Origin: an uncultured Clostridia bacterium
GTDB lineage: Bacteria; Bacillota; Clostridia; TANB77; CAG-508
Direction: 5' to 3'
Assembly: GCA_947584125.1 (NCBI GenBank)
Contig: CANPWI010000003.1
Location: 1 to 34,788, forward strand
DNA length: 34,788 nucleotides
The translations under genes were made by a program, and so were the position numbers. The notes below the pieces were generated by a model, which was not told where the DNA came from, made no database searches, and saw only the letters and a program-made list of their open reading frames with translations. Positions 1-9,468 of this stretch are shown one piece after another; position 1 is the first letter of the stretch, and every line of letters starts with the position of its first letter.

Positions 1-73
<73 letters not shown>

Positions 74-93
74 ATTTATTTTTTACAAATATT

Positions 94-122
94 ATTATAC
101 ATACTTTATATTTGATTGTCAA
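94..122 (-). promoter_or_regulatory. sigma-A promoter of tRNA-Gly
   Basis: Perfect TTGACA (122-117), 17 nt spacer, TATAAT (99-94), 20 nt upstream of the tRNA. Confidence 0.85.
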
Positions 123-235
123 CAGTTTTTTCAAATTTTTTATGCCTTTTTCTTTACAAAAGATATAAATTAATATAAAATAATTGAAATAAAGAGATTT
201 TTACTTTGTATTAATATGTTGTAGGAGGTTTTTTA

Positions 236-712
236 ATGAATACATTTTTGTCTTACTGCGAAAATGATACTCTGGATTTTGCTAAAAAATTTGCAAGTAA
301 GTTGTCTGTTGGAGATATTATTATTTTATCAGGAGATTTGGGTTCTGGAAAAACAAAATTTACTCAAGGATTTTTAGAGTATTTTGGTATATACAATGAA
401 ATTTCTAGTCCTACTTTTACTATTGTTAATGAATATAATACTCCTAAAATGCCTATATATCATTTTGACATATATAGATTAAGTTCTCCCAACGAATTTT
501 ATGAAATTGGTGGAACTGATTATTTTGATGATGGTATTTGCATAATTGAGTGGGGCGAAATTATTGAAAAAATTATTCCTGCTGACTATATAAAAATTAC
601 TTTTAATAGAGACTTTTCTAATAATGACCTTAGAACTTTAAATGTTGAAGCTTATGGTGAAAGGTTGCAAAATATAGTAAAAAATATTTTTGATGGAAGG
701 GCGTGTGATTAG
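236..712 (+). CDS. tsaE: tRNA t6A biosynthesis ATPase TsaE
   Basis: GDLGSGKT Walker A, SSPTFTIVNEY, HFDIYRL, IIEW motifs; AGGAGG RBS. Confidence 0.95.
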   Translation: MNTFLSYCENDTLDFAKKFASKLSVGDIIILSGDLGSGKTKFTQGFLEYFGIYNEISSPTFTIVNEYNTPKMPIYHFDIYRLSSPNEFYEIGGTDYFDDGICIIEWGEIIEKIIPADYIKITFNRDFSNNDLRTLNVEAYGERLQNIVKNIFDGRACD

Positions 713-713
713 T

Positions 714-1419
714 TTGAAAATACTATCTATAGATACATCATCTACAAATTGCTCTGTTGCAATACTTGAAAATAATAATGTATTGGCTTACCTTTGTACA
801 GATGATTCTAATAATCATTCTGTTTCTTTAATGCCTTTGATTAACCAAATTTTTCAAGATACAAATTTAAAATTAGAAGATATAGATGTATTTGCATGTG
901 ATAAAGGTCCTGGTTCTTTTACTGGAATAAGAATTGGAGTATCTACAATAAAAGCATTTAGTGATGTAACAAAAAAAACTTGCATGGGTATTAGTTCTTT
1001 AAAATCTTTAGCCTATACTCTCCCTATTCCTACAGAGTCTTGCTATGTTTGTTCTTTAATTGATGCAAAACATGAAAATTGTTATTGTGGTATTTTTAAA
1101 GTTGTAGAAAATGGGTATTATAAAATAGAAGATTATTTCTTTGATTCTATAAGTAATATAATTAATAAATTAAAAAATTTAAATAAAAAACTATTTTTTT
1201 GTCGGAAATGCTAGCAACATTTACCATGATATGATACAATCTAATCTAGATAAAGAAATAATTTTTTCTTCAAATATTCAAAATGCTATAACAGTTGGAA
1301 AAGCTGCATTTCATAAAATTTCAAAAGGGAACCTTACCCCTCCTATTCCACTATATTTAAAAAAATCTAGTGCTGAAATTTTAATGGAGGAAAAAACAAA
1401 TGGAAATTCAAATAACTAA
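714..1419 (+). CDS. tsaB: tRNA t6A biosynthesis protein TsaB, about 234 aa when read through a +1 shift at CGG 1203-1205 (ORF pieces 690/714-1214 and 1204-1419)
   Basis: TTG start at 714 (KILSIDTS), HS..LMP, GPGSFTGIRIG motifs; the C-terminal FxGN...PLYLKKSSAE segment is in the +1 frame; lies between tsaE and rimI. Confidence 0.9.
1203..1206 (+). other. Putative +1 recoding site TGT-CGG-A (C-GGA read as Gly) in tsaB
   Basis: In-frame CGG; 0-frame stop TAG 1212-1214; +1 frame closed upstream by TAA 1180-1182; an adjacent T7 run is an alternative explanation at this site only. Confidence 0.7.
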
Positions 1420-1843
1420 AATGACTTTGCAAGATTTAAATTTAATTTCAGATATTTTAAAAACTGATTTTGATGATTTTTGGAATATTTCTACTTTACA
1501 AAGTGAGCTTAATAATAAAAATTCTAATTATTTTGTTGCAAAAAATGAATCTTTAGAAATTATTGGATTTGCTGGAGTTTGGTTTGGTTTTGAAGAAGCA
1601 CATATAACAAATATTGTTACCAAAAAAAGCTTTAGACATTTAGGTATTGCTACAAAATTGCTAAATTGTATTATAAATTATTGCAAAGAATTTGAAAACA
1701 TTTACACATTAACATTAGAGGTTAAAGAGTCTAATACTGTTGCAATTAGTTTATATGAAAAATTTGATTTTAAAAAAGTTGGTTTAAGAAAAAATTATTA
1801 TAACAATATAGAAAATGCTATTATTATGACAAAAGATATTTAA
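1400..1843 (+). CDS. rimI: Ribosomal protein S18 alanine N-acetyltransferase RimI (GNAT)
   Basis: EAHITNIV...FRHLGIA, TLEVKESN..AISLYEKFDF..VGLRKNYY; canonical tsaE-tsaB-rimI order. Confidence 0.92.
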   Translation: MEIQITKMTLQDLNLISDILKTDFDDFWNISTLQSELNNKNSNYFVAKNESLEIIGFAGVWFGFEEAHITNIVTKKSFRHLGIATKLLNCIINYCKEFENIYTLTLEVKESNTVAISLYEKFDFKKVGLRKNYYNNIENAIIMTKDI

Positions 1844-1860
1844 AAAAGGAGATTTTACTT

Positions 1861-4245
1861 ATGAAAAAAAATGAATTAAGTTACAAAGAGTTAAAAACAT
1901 ACTGTGATACTGATATTTTTAAATTTGATACTACTGAAGAATTAACATCTATAGAAACAGGAATTGGTCAAGACAGAGGTATTAAAGCATTTGAATTCGG
2001 TATAAATGTAGATGCCAAAGGATATAACCTATATATTGAAGGACCTAGTGGTGTTGGAAAAACAATGTATGCTAGAAAATACTTAGAAAAAATTTCTAAA
2101 AAGAAAAAAGTTCCTCACGACTGGTGTTATATTTATAACTTTGATAATCCTAATGAACCAATAGCAGTTTCGCTTCCTGCTGGTCAAGGAAAAGAATTTA
2201 AAGATAGTATGGAACAATTTATAAAAGATATTAGAGCTGATATAAAAAGTACATTTAATAATGATGAATTTGAAAAAGAAAAAACATTAATTAAACAAGA
2301 ATTTGAAGAAAAGCGTTCTAATCTTTTAGAAAAACTAAATCAAGAATCTATTAAATATGGATTTGAGGTAAAAGCTGCTCAAAATGGTATATATATGATG
2401 CCTGTTCTTAACGGAAAAGCCCTTCAAGAAGAAGAATTTGATAAGTTAGATGAAGCTGTTAAACAAGAATTTGAAAGTAAATCAAGTATTGTTCAAGAAC
2501 AAATTTTAGAAGCAATTACACAAATAAAATCTATTGAACGCGAATCAGATAAAAAAATTCAAGAATGGCAATCTAATGTTGCCCTACTTACAGTAAATGT
2601 TCATATTAATTATATAAAATCTAAATTTAAAAGAAATAAAAAAATAAATACATTCTTAAATAATATAAAAAATGATATATTAAAAAACATATCTACATTT
2701 ACAGCTGAGGATGCTCCTCGTGAGCCGCAAACTCAAGGTCCTAAAATAGAACCTCCAAAACCTTGGCTAAATTATAGAGTTAACCTATTTATTGATAATA
2801 GCAAACTTGAAGGTGCTCCTGTAATAATGGATACAAACTATTCATACCATAATTTATTTGGAAAGCTAGAATATGAAAATTATTATGGTTCACTAAAAAC
2901 AGACTATACTATGTTACAACCAGGTTTACTACATCATGCTAATGGTGGTTATATTATATTACAAGCAAAAGATTTACTTGCAAACTCTATTTGCTATGAA
3001 GCATTAAAAAAAGCATTAAGAGTTAAAGAATTAAATATAGAAAATACAGCAGATAATCGCTCTAGTATGGTAATGATTTCATTAAAACCTGAGCCTATTC
3101 CACTTGATTTAAAAGTAATTTTAATAGGTAATGCTAATATTTATCATACTTTACTTTCTATGGATTCTGATTTTAGAAAATTATTTAAAATAAAAGTTGA
3201 ATTTGAAGATGATGCACCTAGAAATGAAGAAAACATGTTAAAAATTGCAAGATTTATTCATGGATATTGTGAGCAAGAAGAATTACCACATTTAGATAAA
3301 GGAGCTGTAGCAAAAATAGTTGAATATGCTTCAAAACTTGCTGATGATAAAGAAAAAATTTCAACTAAATTTGATGATTTATCTCAAGTTGTTGCTGAAA
3401 GCTGTACATGGGCACAAATGGCAAAATCTAAAGTTGTAACAGCTGAATTTGTTGACAAAGCGCTATCAGAAAGAATTGAAAGAATTAAGAAATATGATTC
3501 AAGATATTTAGAAATGATTAAAGATAATACTATGTTAATTAATACAGAAGGATATGAAGTTGGTGTAATTAATGGATTAACAGTTATGACCATTGGAGAT
3601 TACACATTTGGTAAACCATCAAAAATTACAGCAAATACATTTACAGGAAAAAGTGGAATTATAAATATCGAAAAAGAAGTTGAATTATCTGGTTCATCAC
3701 ACTCAAAAGGTGTTCTAATATTAAGTGGTTATTTAGGTCAAACTTTTGCACAAGATATTCCTTTATCATTAACTGCAAGTATATGTTTTGAACAATTATA
3801 TAATGGTGTTGATGGAGATAGTGCTTCTAGTACAGAGCTTTATGCCCTACTTTCTAGTTTATCAGATATTCCAATTAATCAATCTATTGCTGTTACTGGT
3901 TCAGTAAATCAAAAAGGTGAAATACAACCAATTGGTGGAGTTAATGAAAAAATAGAAGGATTTTATCAAATTTGTAAAATGCGTGGATTTAATGGAAAAC
4001 ATGGTGTAATAATACCAATACAAAATTTGAAGAATTTAAGTCTATCAGATGAAATTGTTAAAAGTGTAAAAAATAAAGAATTCCATATTTATGCTGTATC
4101 AAGCATAGAAGAAGGAATTGAAATTCTTACAGATGTTCCTGCTGGTCGTAGAGATGCAAAAGGCAATTTCCCTGCTGGAACAGTAAATTATTTAGCTTAT
4201 GAAAAATTAAAAAAATTTGCAAAAAATAGTAAAAGCGAAAACTAA
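1861..4245 (+). CDS. Lon-family (S16, LonB/LonC-like) protease with AAA-like domain
   Basis: GQDRG, GPSGVGKT, LHHANGGY, VDGDSASS catalytic Ser, IGGVNEKIEG catalytic Lys. Confidence 0.9.
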   Translation: MKKNELSYKELKTYCDTDIFKFDTTEELTSIETGIGQDRGIKAFEFGINVDAKGYNLYIEGPSGVGKTMYARKYLEKISKKKKVPHDWCYIYNFDNPNEPIAVSLPAGQGKEFKDSMEQFIKDIRADIKSTFNNDEFEKEKTLIKQEFEEKRSNLLEKLNQESIKYGFEVKAAQNGIYMMPVLNGKALQEEEFDKLDEAVKQEFESKSSIVQEQILEAITQIKSIERESDKKIQEWQSNVALLTVNVHINYIKSKFKRNKKINTFLNNIKNDILKNISTFTAEDAPREPQTQGPKIEPPKPWLNYRVNLFIDNSKLEGAPVIMDTNYSYHNLFGKLEYENYYGSLKTDYTMLQPGLLHHANGGYIILQAKDLLANSICYEALKKALRVKELNIENTADNRSSMVMISLKPEPIPLDLKVILIGNANIYHTLLSMDSDFRKLFKIKVEFEDDAPRNEENMLKIARFIHGYCEQEELPHLDKGAVAKIVEYASKLADDKEKISTKFDDLSQVVAESCTWAQMAKSKVVTAEFVDKALSERIERIKKYDSRYLEMIKDNTMLINTEGYEVGVINGLTVMTIGDYTFGKPSKITANTFTGKSGIINIEKEVELSGSSHSKGVLILSGYLGQTFAQDIPLSLTASICFEQLYNGVDGDSASSTELYALLSSLSDIPINQSIAVTGSVNQKGEIQPIGGVNEKIEGFYQICKMRGFNGKHGVIIPIQNLKNLSLSDEIVKSVKNKEFHIYAVSSIEEGIEILTDVPAGRRDAKGNFPAGTVNYLAYEKLKKFAKNSKSEN

Positions 4246-4262
4246 AAGTTTTCGCTTTTACT
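4228..4262. terminator. Hairpin, probable bidirectional terminator between convergent lon-like and M23 genes
   Basis: 16-bp perfect arms AGTAAAAGCGAAAACT / AGTTTTCGCTTTTACT with 3-nt loop. Confidence 0.8.
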
Positions 4263-4326
4263 TATATAATAGAAAATTTCTTCAAAATTCCTATTACACA
4301 AAATAAATTTTTAAATTATTATTATT

Positions 4327-5251
4327 TTATTTGAAAAAATATTTTTGTGGATTAATTCTTGTACCATTTACTCTAATTTCTAAGTGTAAATGTGGCCCTG
4401 TTGAATCTCCTGTTGAACCAACATCAGCAATATGCTCTCCAGATTTAACACTTTGACCTTTTGTTACAAATAGCTTACTACAGTGTCCATAATAAGTTTG
4501 AACTCCATTTCCATGGTCTATAATTACTAGATTACCATATCCTCCATATACACCTGCTTGAATTACTGTACCATCACCAGCTGCATATATATCTGTTCCT
4601 AATGGAGCTGCAATATCCAGTCCCCCATGTCCGTGAATTTCTGTCCTCTGTATCTCCATATCTTGAAGATACTCTTCCAGTTACAGGAACTGATGCTAAA
4701 AGAACACCATTTATTTTTGATTTTTCTATTTTTACTTTTTCTTCTAGTTCTTCATCTATTTTTGTTTTTGCTATTTCAATATCTTGAATTTCTAAACTAT
4801 TTAAGTCATCTGTATAAATCTCTAAAATTCCAATTTCAAAATTTAATTTTTTTTCGTACTCGTCTTTAATTTGTTCAACAATATTTTCTGCTTCTTCTAA
4901 AGAATTTACATATTGATCGTTTTGTCCGTTTAGTGTTATTGCATAAGTTCTATATGTTATTTTTGAACCATGTTCTAATTTTTGTAATATTTCATTTTCA
5001 TTAGTAGTTTGACTCGTGCTTAATAATTTAAGTTCATAATTAACAGGTTCATCTAAAGTTACAAAAGCAATATTTTCACCTTTTTTATTTATAATTATTT
5101 CATCAATATCTTTTTCAAATTCTTCCTTATTTTCAACATATCCAATTACCTCACCTTTATATGTTACTCCATATACAGGTTTATCTTTAACTACAATAAT
5201 CGCACATATTATTACTACAGCCATTATTAATATTTTTGTAAGCTTTAACAT
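4327..5251 (-). CDS. Membrane-anchored M23 metallopeptidase, about 307 aa when read through a +1 shift at CGG 4633-4631 (ORF pieces 4574-5251 and 4327-4659)
   Basis: N-terminal TM; PVTGRVSSRYG in 0 frame continues into HGGLDIAAP (HxxxD), YGN, YYGHC, STGPHLH (HxH) in +1 frame. Confidence 0.9.
4630..4633 (-). other. Putative +1 recoding site TCA-CGG-A in the M23 gene
   Basis: In-frame CGG at codon 207; skipping C gives GGA CAT GGG GGA CTG GAT (G-HGGLD); no homopolymer at the site. Confidence 0.85.
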
Positions 5252-5477
5252 TTCTTTTGTATAATGTTTTATACGCTTGCTTAAAATAAATATTCACTCT
5301 CCTTTTTTTTGCACGACTAAATTCTATTATACATTATATTTTAAACAATTTCAAATTATGTATGCACATATTTTTACAAAATTATAAAATTTCTACAATT
5401 TAATGCATTTTTATTCAATTTTTGGATATGTTTTCCTCAATTTATCTCCATTTTCCTCATTTATTCTAACATTTACA

Positions 5478-5509
5478 AAAAAGTAGATGAATTTTTTCAT
5501 CTACTTTTT
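5478..5509 (-). terminator. Rho-independent terminator downstream of topA
   Basis: AAAAAGTAGATGAA / TTCATCTACTTTTT inverted repeat. Confidence 0.75.
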
Positions 5510-5575
5510 CAAATGATAACTTTTTTATTAGATAAAAATCTATTACCTTTTAGATTTACTCATTTTATTTGCATA

Positions 5576-7696
5576 TCAGCTTTTGTTTTTTGCTTTTTTT
5601 CTTGTAGTTGTTGTTTTTGTTTTCGTTGTAGTTTTAGTTTTTCCTTTTGCTTTTGTCTTTGCCTTTGTTTTTTTCTTATTTTCTTCTTGTATTTCCTTTG
5701 CTACATTTTCATCTATTTTTTCACCTTTTTTTGGTTTATTCCATGAAATATAATCACAGCTAGCAGGATTATTTTCACAAATATAATAATTTCTTCTTTT
5801 TTTGGTTTTTCTTATTTGAATTTTTCCTCCACATTTTGGACATGGTTCTTGTATAGTTTCATAATAAGGTTTTGCATTTTTACATTCTGGGTATCCAGGA
5901 CATGCTAGGAATTTTCCATATCTTCCGTATTTAATTACCATCATTCTACCACATTTTTCACATGGTACATCTGATACTTCTTCTACAAGTTCAACATGTT
6001 CTAACTCTTTTTCAACCTTTTCAATAGTTTTTGCAAAAGGAATATAAAATTCTTCTATTACTCTTTTCCAGTTTTGCTTTCCTTCAGCTATTTCATCAAA
6101 TTCAGTTTCCATTTTGACAGTAAAATCTATATTTACTACATCTGGAAAGTTTTCAATTAACAATTTATTAACTATTTTTCCTAAATCTGTTGGAATTAAT
6201 TGTTTTTGTTTTTTCTCTATATAATGTCTATCTAAAATTGTTGTTATTGTTGGAGAATAAGTACTAGGTCTTCCAATTCCATCTTCTTCAAGTGCTTTTA
6301 CAAGACTTGCTTCTGTATATCTTGCAGGAGGCTCTGTAAAACTTTGCTTTGAATCTAGCTTTTTCTTTTTAACCTCTTGACCTTTAGTTAATTGAGGGAT
6401 TTGTTCATTTACCTCTTCTTCTTTTTTGTCTGTATCCTCTACATATAAAACCATAAAACCTTTAAATTTTAATGATTGACCATTTGCTTTAAAACTATAA
6501 TTATTAGCTAAGATATTTGCTGTAACTGTATCGTAAACTGCTTGTGACATTTGGCTAGCTATAAATCTGTTATATATTAATTTATATAATTTGTATTGGT
6601 CATTAGTAAGTGAAGATTTTATTTCTTCTGGATTTAATTCTACATAAGTTGGTCTTATAGCTTCATGAGCATCTTGTGCATCATCTTTTGTTTTATAAAA
6701 CCTATTTTCATAGTAATTTTCTCCATATTTTTCGTATATATATTTTTTAGCACTTTGCCTTGCAACATCAGAAATTCTTGTTGAATCAGTTCTCATATAT
6801 GTAATTAATCCAACACTTCCATGTCCTGTTATATTTACCCCTTCATATAAACCTTGTGCAACAGACATAGTCTTTTTTAAGGTAAATCCTAATTTTCTTG
6901 AAGCTTCTTGTTGCATCGTACTTGTTGTAAAAGGTGGTGCTGGAGTTCTTTTTCTTTCAGATTTTTTAACATCATCTACAATATATTTTGCACCTTTTAA
7001 GTCGTCTAAAATTTTGTCTACTTCTTCTTTAGAATGTAATTCTATCTTTTTATTATTTTTTCCATAAAATTTAGCTGTAAAAGTTTTATTTTCGCTTTCT
7101 TCTATAAGTAAAACATTAATATTCCAATATTCTTCTGGGATAAATTTTTCAATTTCTTCTTCTCTATCTACTATTAATTTTACTGCAACAGATTGCACTC
7201 TTCCTGCAGATAATCCTCTTCTAACTTTTTTCCATAGTACGGGACTCATTTTGTATCCAACTATTCTATCTAAAACTCTTCTAGCTTGCTGTGCATCTAT
7301 TAAATTTTTATCAACTGTTCTAGGCTCTTTCATTGATTCTTTTACTGCATTTTTTGTAATTTCATTAAATGTTACTCTACATTTAGCATCCTCTGGTATT
7401 TCTAAAATGTGTGATAAATGCCAAGCTATTGCTTCTCCTTCACGGTCAGGGTCAGTTGCAAGGTACACACTTTTTGCATTTTTTGCATCTTTTTTTAAAG
7501 ATTTTATTAAATCTCCCTTTCCTCTAATATTTATATATTCCGGCTCAAAGTTATTTTCAACATCAACACCTAACTTTGATTTAGGTAAATCTCTTATATG
7601 TCCCATAGATGCAACAACTTTTGTATTTCCACCTAAAAATTTCTTTATAGTATTTGCCTTTGCAGGTGATTCCACTATAATTAATTTATCAGCCAT
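5576..7696 (-). CDS. topA: DNA topoisomerase I (type IA)
   Basis: LIIVESPAKA, ATDPDREGE TOPRIM, SAGRVQS, ITYMRTDS catalytic Tyr, two C4 zinc ribbons, Lys-rich tail. Confidence 0.98.
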   Translation of the reverse strand: MADKLIIVESPAKANTIKKFLGGNTKVVASMGHIRDLPKSKLGVDVENNFEPEYINIRGKGDLIKSLKKDAKNAKSVYLATDPDREGEAIAWHLSHILEIPEDAKCRVTFNEITKNAVKESMKEPRTVDKNLIDAQQARRVLDRIVGYKMSPVLWKKVRRGLSAGRVQSVAVKLIVDREEEIEKFIPEEYWNINVLLIEESENKTFTAKFYGKNNKKIELHSKEEVDKILDDLKGAKYIVDDVKKSERKRTPAPPFTTSTMQQEASRKLGFTLKKTMSVAQGLYEGVNITGHGSVGLITYMRTDSTRISDVARQSAKKYIYEKYGENYYENRFYKTKDDAQDAHEAIRPTYVELNPEEIKSSLTNDQYKLYKLIYNRFIASQMSQAVYDTVTANILANNYSFKANGQSLKFKGFMVLYVEDTDKKEEEVNEQIPQLTKGQEVKKKKLDSKQSFTEPPARYTEASLVKALEEDGIGRPSTYSPTITTILDRHYIEKKQKQLIPTDLGKIVNKLLIENFPDVVNIDFTVKMETEFDEIAEGKQNWKRVIEEFYIPFAKTIEKVEKELEHVELVEEVSDVPCEKCGRMMVIKYGRYGKFLACPGYPECKNAKPYYETIQEPCPKCGGKIQIRKTKKRRNYYICENNPASCDYISWNKPKKGEKIDENVAKEIQEENKKKTKAKTKAKGKTKTTTKTKTTTTRKKAKNKS

Positions 7697-7791
7697 TATA
7701 AATTACTCCTTTATATTTCTTTTCGTTTATTTATTCTAGCTCAAAATTCTTCTTTTTGCAATAGTTTTTTCATAAAATTAAATTGATAATA

Positions 7792-8178
7792 TTAAAATAT
7801 ATTTTTTAAATTTAATGCATCCTTATTTCTTAGATGTTCTAACAAGAAATTCGATTTATCTAATTCCTCAATTACTCTTTCATATTGCTTTGTATCTATA
7901 TTAGATTTAGCTGATACTAAACTAGTTTCAATTTTTTCTAATTCATCATGTTCTATATAGTATGCAAGTTTTTCATATCTTTTTTTCCACTCATCATATA
8001 ACATATTATATTTTTCATCAATAATATTTTCTTCATCTTCTTTTTCAATTTCTTCTTTTAAAGATGCAGCATTTTCAGTTACTATATTAACAGATTCCTC
8101 TAAATAATTTGATGTTACTCTATCTAAGCCCAACATTGAAACAATAATTATAATACTAATAACAAATTCTTTATACAT
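7792..8178 (-). CDS. DUF4363-like protein
   Basis: N-terminal TM, W...LAYYIEHDELEKI, C-terminal LKNIF; typical partner of DUF421. Confidence 0.75.
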   Translation of the reverse strand: MYKEFVISIIIIVSMLGLDRVTSNYLEESVNIVTENAASLKEEIEKEDEENIIDEKYNMLYDEWKKRYEKLAYYIEHDELEKIETSLVSAKSNIDTKQYERVIEELDKSNFLLEHLRNKDALNLKNIF

Positions 8179-8187
8179 TTTTTCTCC

Positions 8188-8865
8188 CTACTTTATATAT
8201 GATTTTGCTTGGCAAAATATTTGCTCTTTTCCATCTATTGTAACAATTAATGCGTCTTTAGGTTTTATTCCAAATTTTTTAACCTGTTTTTCAAGCCAAT
8301 TATAATCTTTTCCAATAGCTTTTAAATTATCTTCCATTATCTTTCCATCTACAACTAGGTCATAAGGAATTCCCTCATACTCTGGCATTATGTTAAAATC
8401 TTCTGGTGTAGTATTTCTTTTATTTGGCTTTTGTATAACAGTTACTTGCCCACTTGTTTCTAATATTGCATACTCAACATCACTAAGACTTGTTACATTA
8501 TTTCCTCTTAATCTTTCTTGTAACTCATTAATAGTAAATCTTTCTTTTTTTAAAACTCTTTCATCAATTTTACCTCTATAAATTAATATTGATGGTTTTC
8601 CACAAATTACTTTTCTTGCCCAAATACTTTTCATATTTAATACAGAAATTAATAAATGCATAACTAAAAGTCCAAGTATTGGTATAATTCCATTTGAAAT
8701 TGGTATACCACTTTCTGTCATAGGAATTGATGCTAAATCTGCTATCATAATAGATATTGCAAGTTCAAATGGTTGCAGTTGACCTATTTCTCTTTTTCCC
8801 ATTAATCTCATTACTATTAACACAATTATATATAAAACTATTGACCTTATAAATGTTGTTATCAT
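8188..8865 (-). CDS. DUF421 / YetF-family membrane protein (likely start ATG 8865, not 9042)
   Basis: RLMGKREIGQLQPFE, YAILETSGQ motifs; AAGGAG RBS before 8865. Confidence 0.88.
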   Translation of the reverse strand: MITTFIRSIVLYIIVLIVMRLMGKREIGQLQPFELAISIMIADLASIPMTESGIPISNGIIPILGLLVMHLLISVLNMKSIWARKVICGKPSILIYRGKIDERVLKKERFTINELQERLRGNNVTSLSDVEYAILETSGQVTVIQKPNKRNTTPEDFNIMPEYEGIPYDLVVDGKIMEDNLKAIGKDYNWLEKQVKKFGIKPKDALIVTIDGKEQIFCQAKSYIK

Positions 8866-8894
8866 TTTTTCTCCTTTAAAAATTTTATTTATTA

Positions 8895-8924
8895 CTATTT
8901 TTTCTTTTTTTATAAAATTTATAC
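8895..8924 (-). promoter_or_regulatory. Possible forespore sigma-F/G-type promoter for DUF421-DUF4363
   Basis: GTATA, 15 nt spacer, GAAAAAATAG resembles the sigma-F consensus; AT-rich so a chance match is possible. Confidence 0.35.
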
Positions 8925-9015
8925 TTTGATTTTGAATAATATTTATTTTATTGTTAATAATAAAAATGTATAGATATATAAAAACAATTATAGATTTTAA
9001 AAGGAGGTTTTTATT

Positions 9016-9393
9016 ATGTCTGACAATCAATCTAACATTCAAAGCTCAACTGGAATGGGTACTTTCGGACAAATTGTAGGAAGATTAGTTACAGCAGCAG
9101 TAGTTCTTGCTATTACAGCATTTTTTACTCCAGGTTTTTCAATTAATAATTTTTGGTCACTTGCATTTGCTGCAGTTGTCCTTACTATAATAGATTATTT
9201 AATTGTAAAATTTACAGGATTACATGCTAGTCCATTTGGAAAAGGATTTGTAGGTTTTGTTCTTGCTGCTGTTACTTTATATGTAACACAATTCTTTGTT
9301 GCAGGTTATGCAATTTCTTGGATAGCTGCAATAATAGGTGCTCTTATCTATGGTGTTATTGATTATTTCTTACCAGGCGAGCAAAAAATGTAA
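9016..9393 (+). CDS. 4-TM membrane protein, YvlD/DUF360 (phage holin family 4_2-like)
   Basis: AFFTPGFSINNFWSLAFAAVVL, four hydrophobic helices; AAGGAGG RBS. Confidence 0.75.
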   Translation: MSDNQSNIQSSTGMGTFGQIVGRLVTAAVVLAITAFFTPGFSINNFWSLAFAAVVLTIIDYLIVKFTGLHASPFGKGFVGFVLAAVTLYVTQFFVAGYAISWIAAIIGALIYGVIDYFLPGEQKM

Positions 9394-9400
9394 TAGAACA

Positions 9401-9448
9401 AAAAAAATAACTAAAAATTAAATTAATTTAATTTTTAGTTATTTTTTT
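9401..9448. terminator. Perfect 48-bp AT-rich palindrome between convergent genes, probable bidirectional terminator
   Basis: AAAAAAATAACTAAAAATTAAATT followed by its exact reverse complement. Confidence 0.7.
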
Positions 9449-9468
9449 ATTATATTATTTTACTTTTT

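Noticed and set aside
5431-5476. TTTTCCTCA repeats with about 10-bp periodicity upstream of the M23 gene
   Set aside because: Could be a regulator site, but too short and degenerate to support in AT-rich DNA.
9016-9393. Prophage, suggested by the holin-like family
   Set aside because: This family is commonly chromosomal, and there are no phage or integrase genes nearby.
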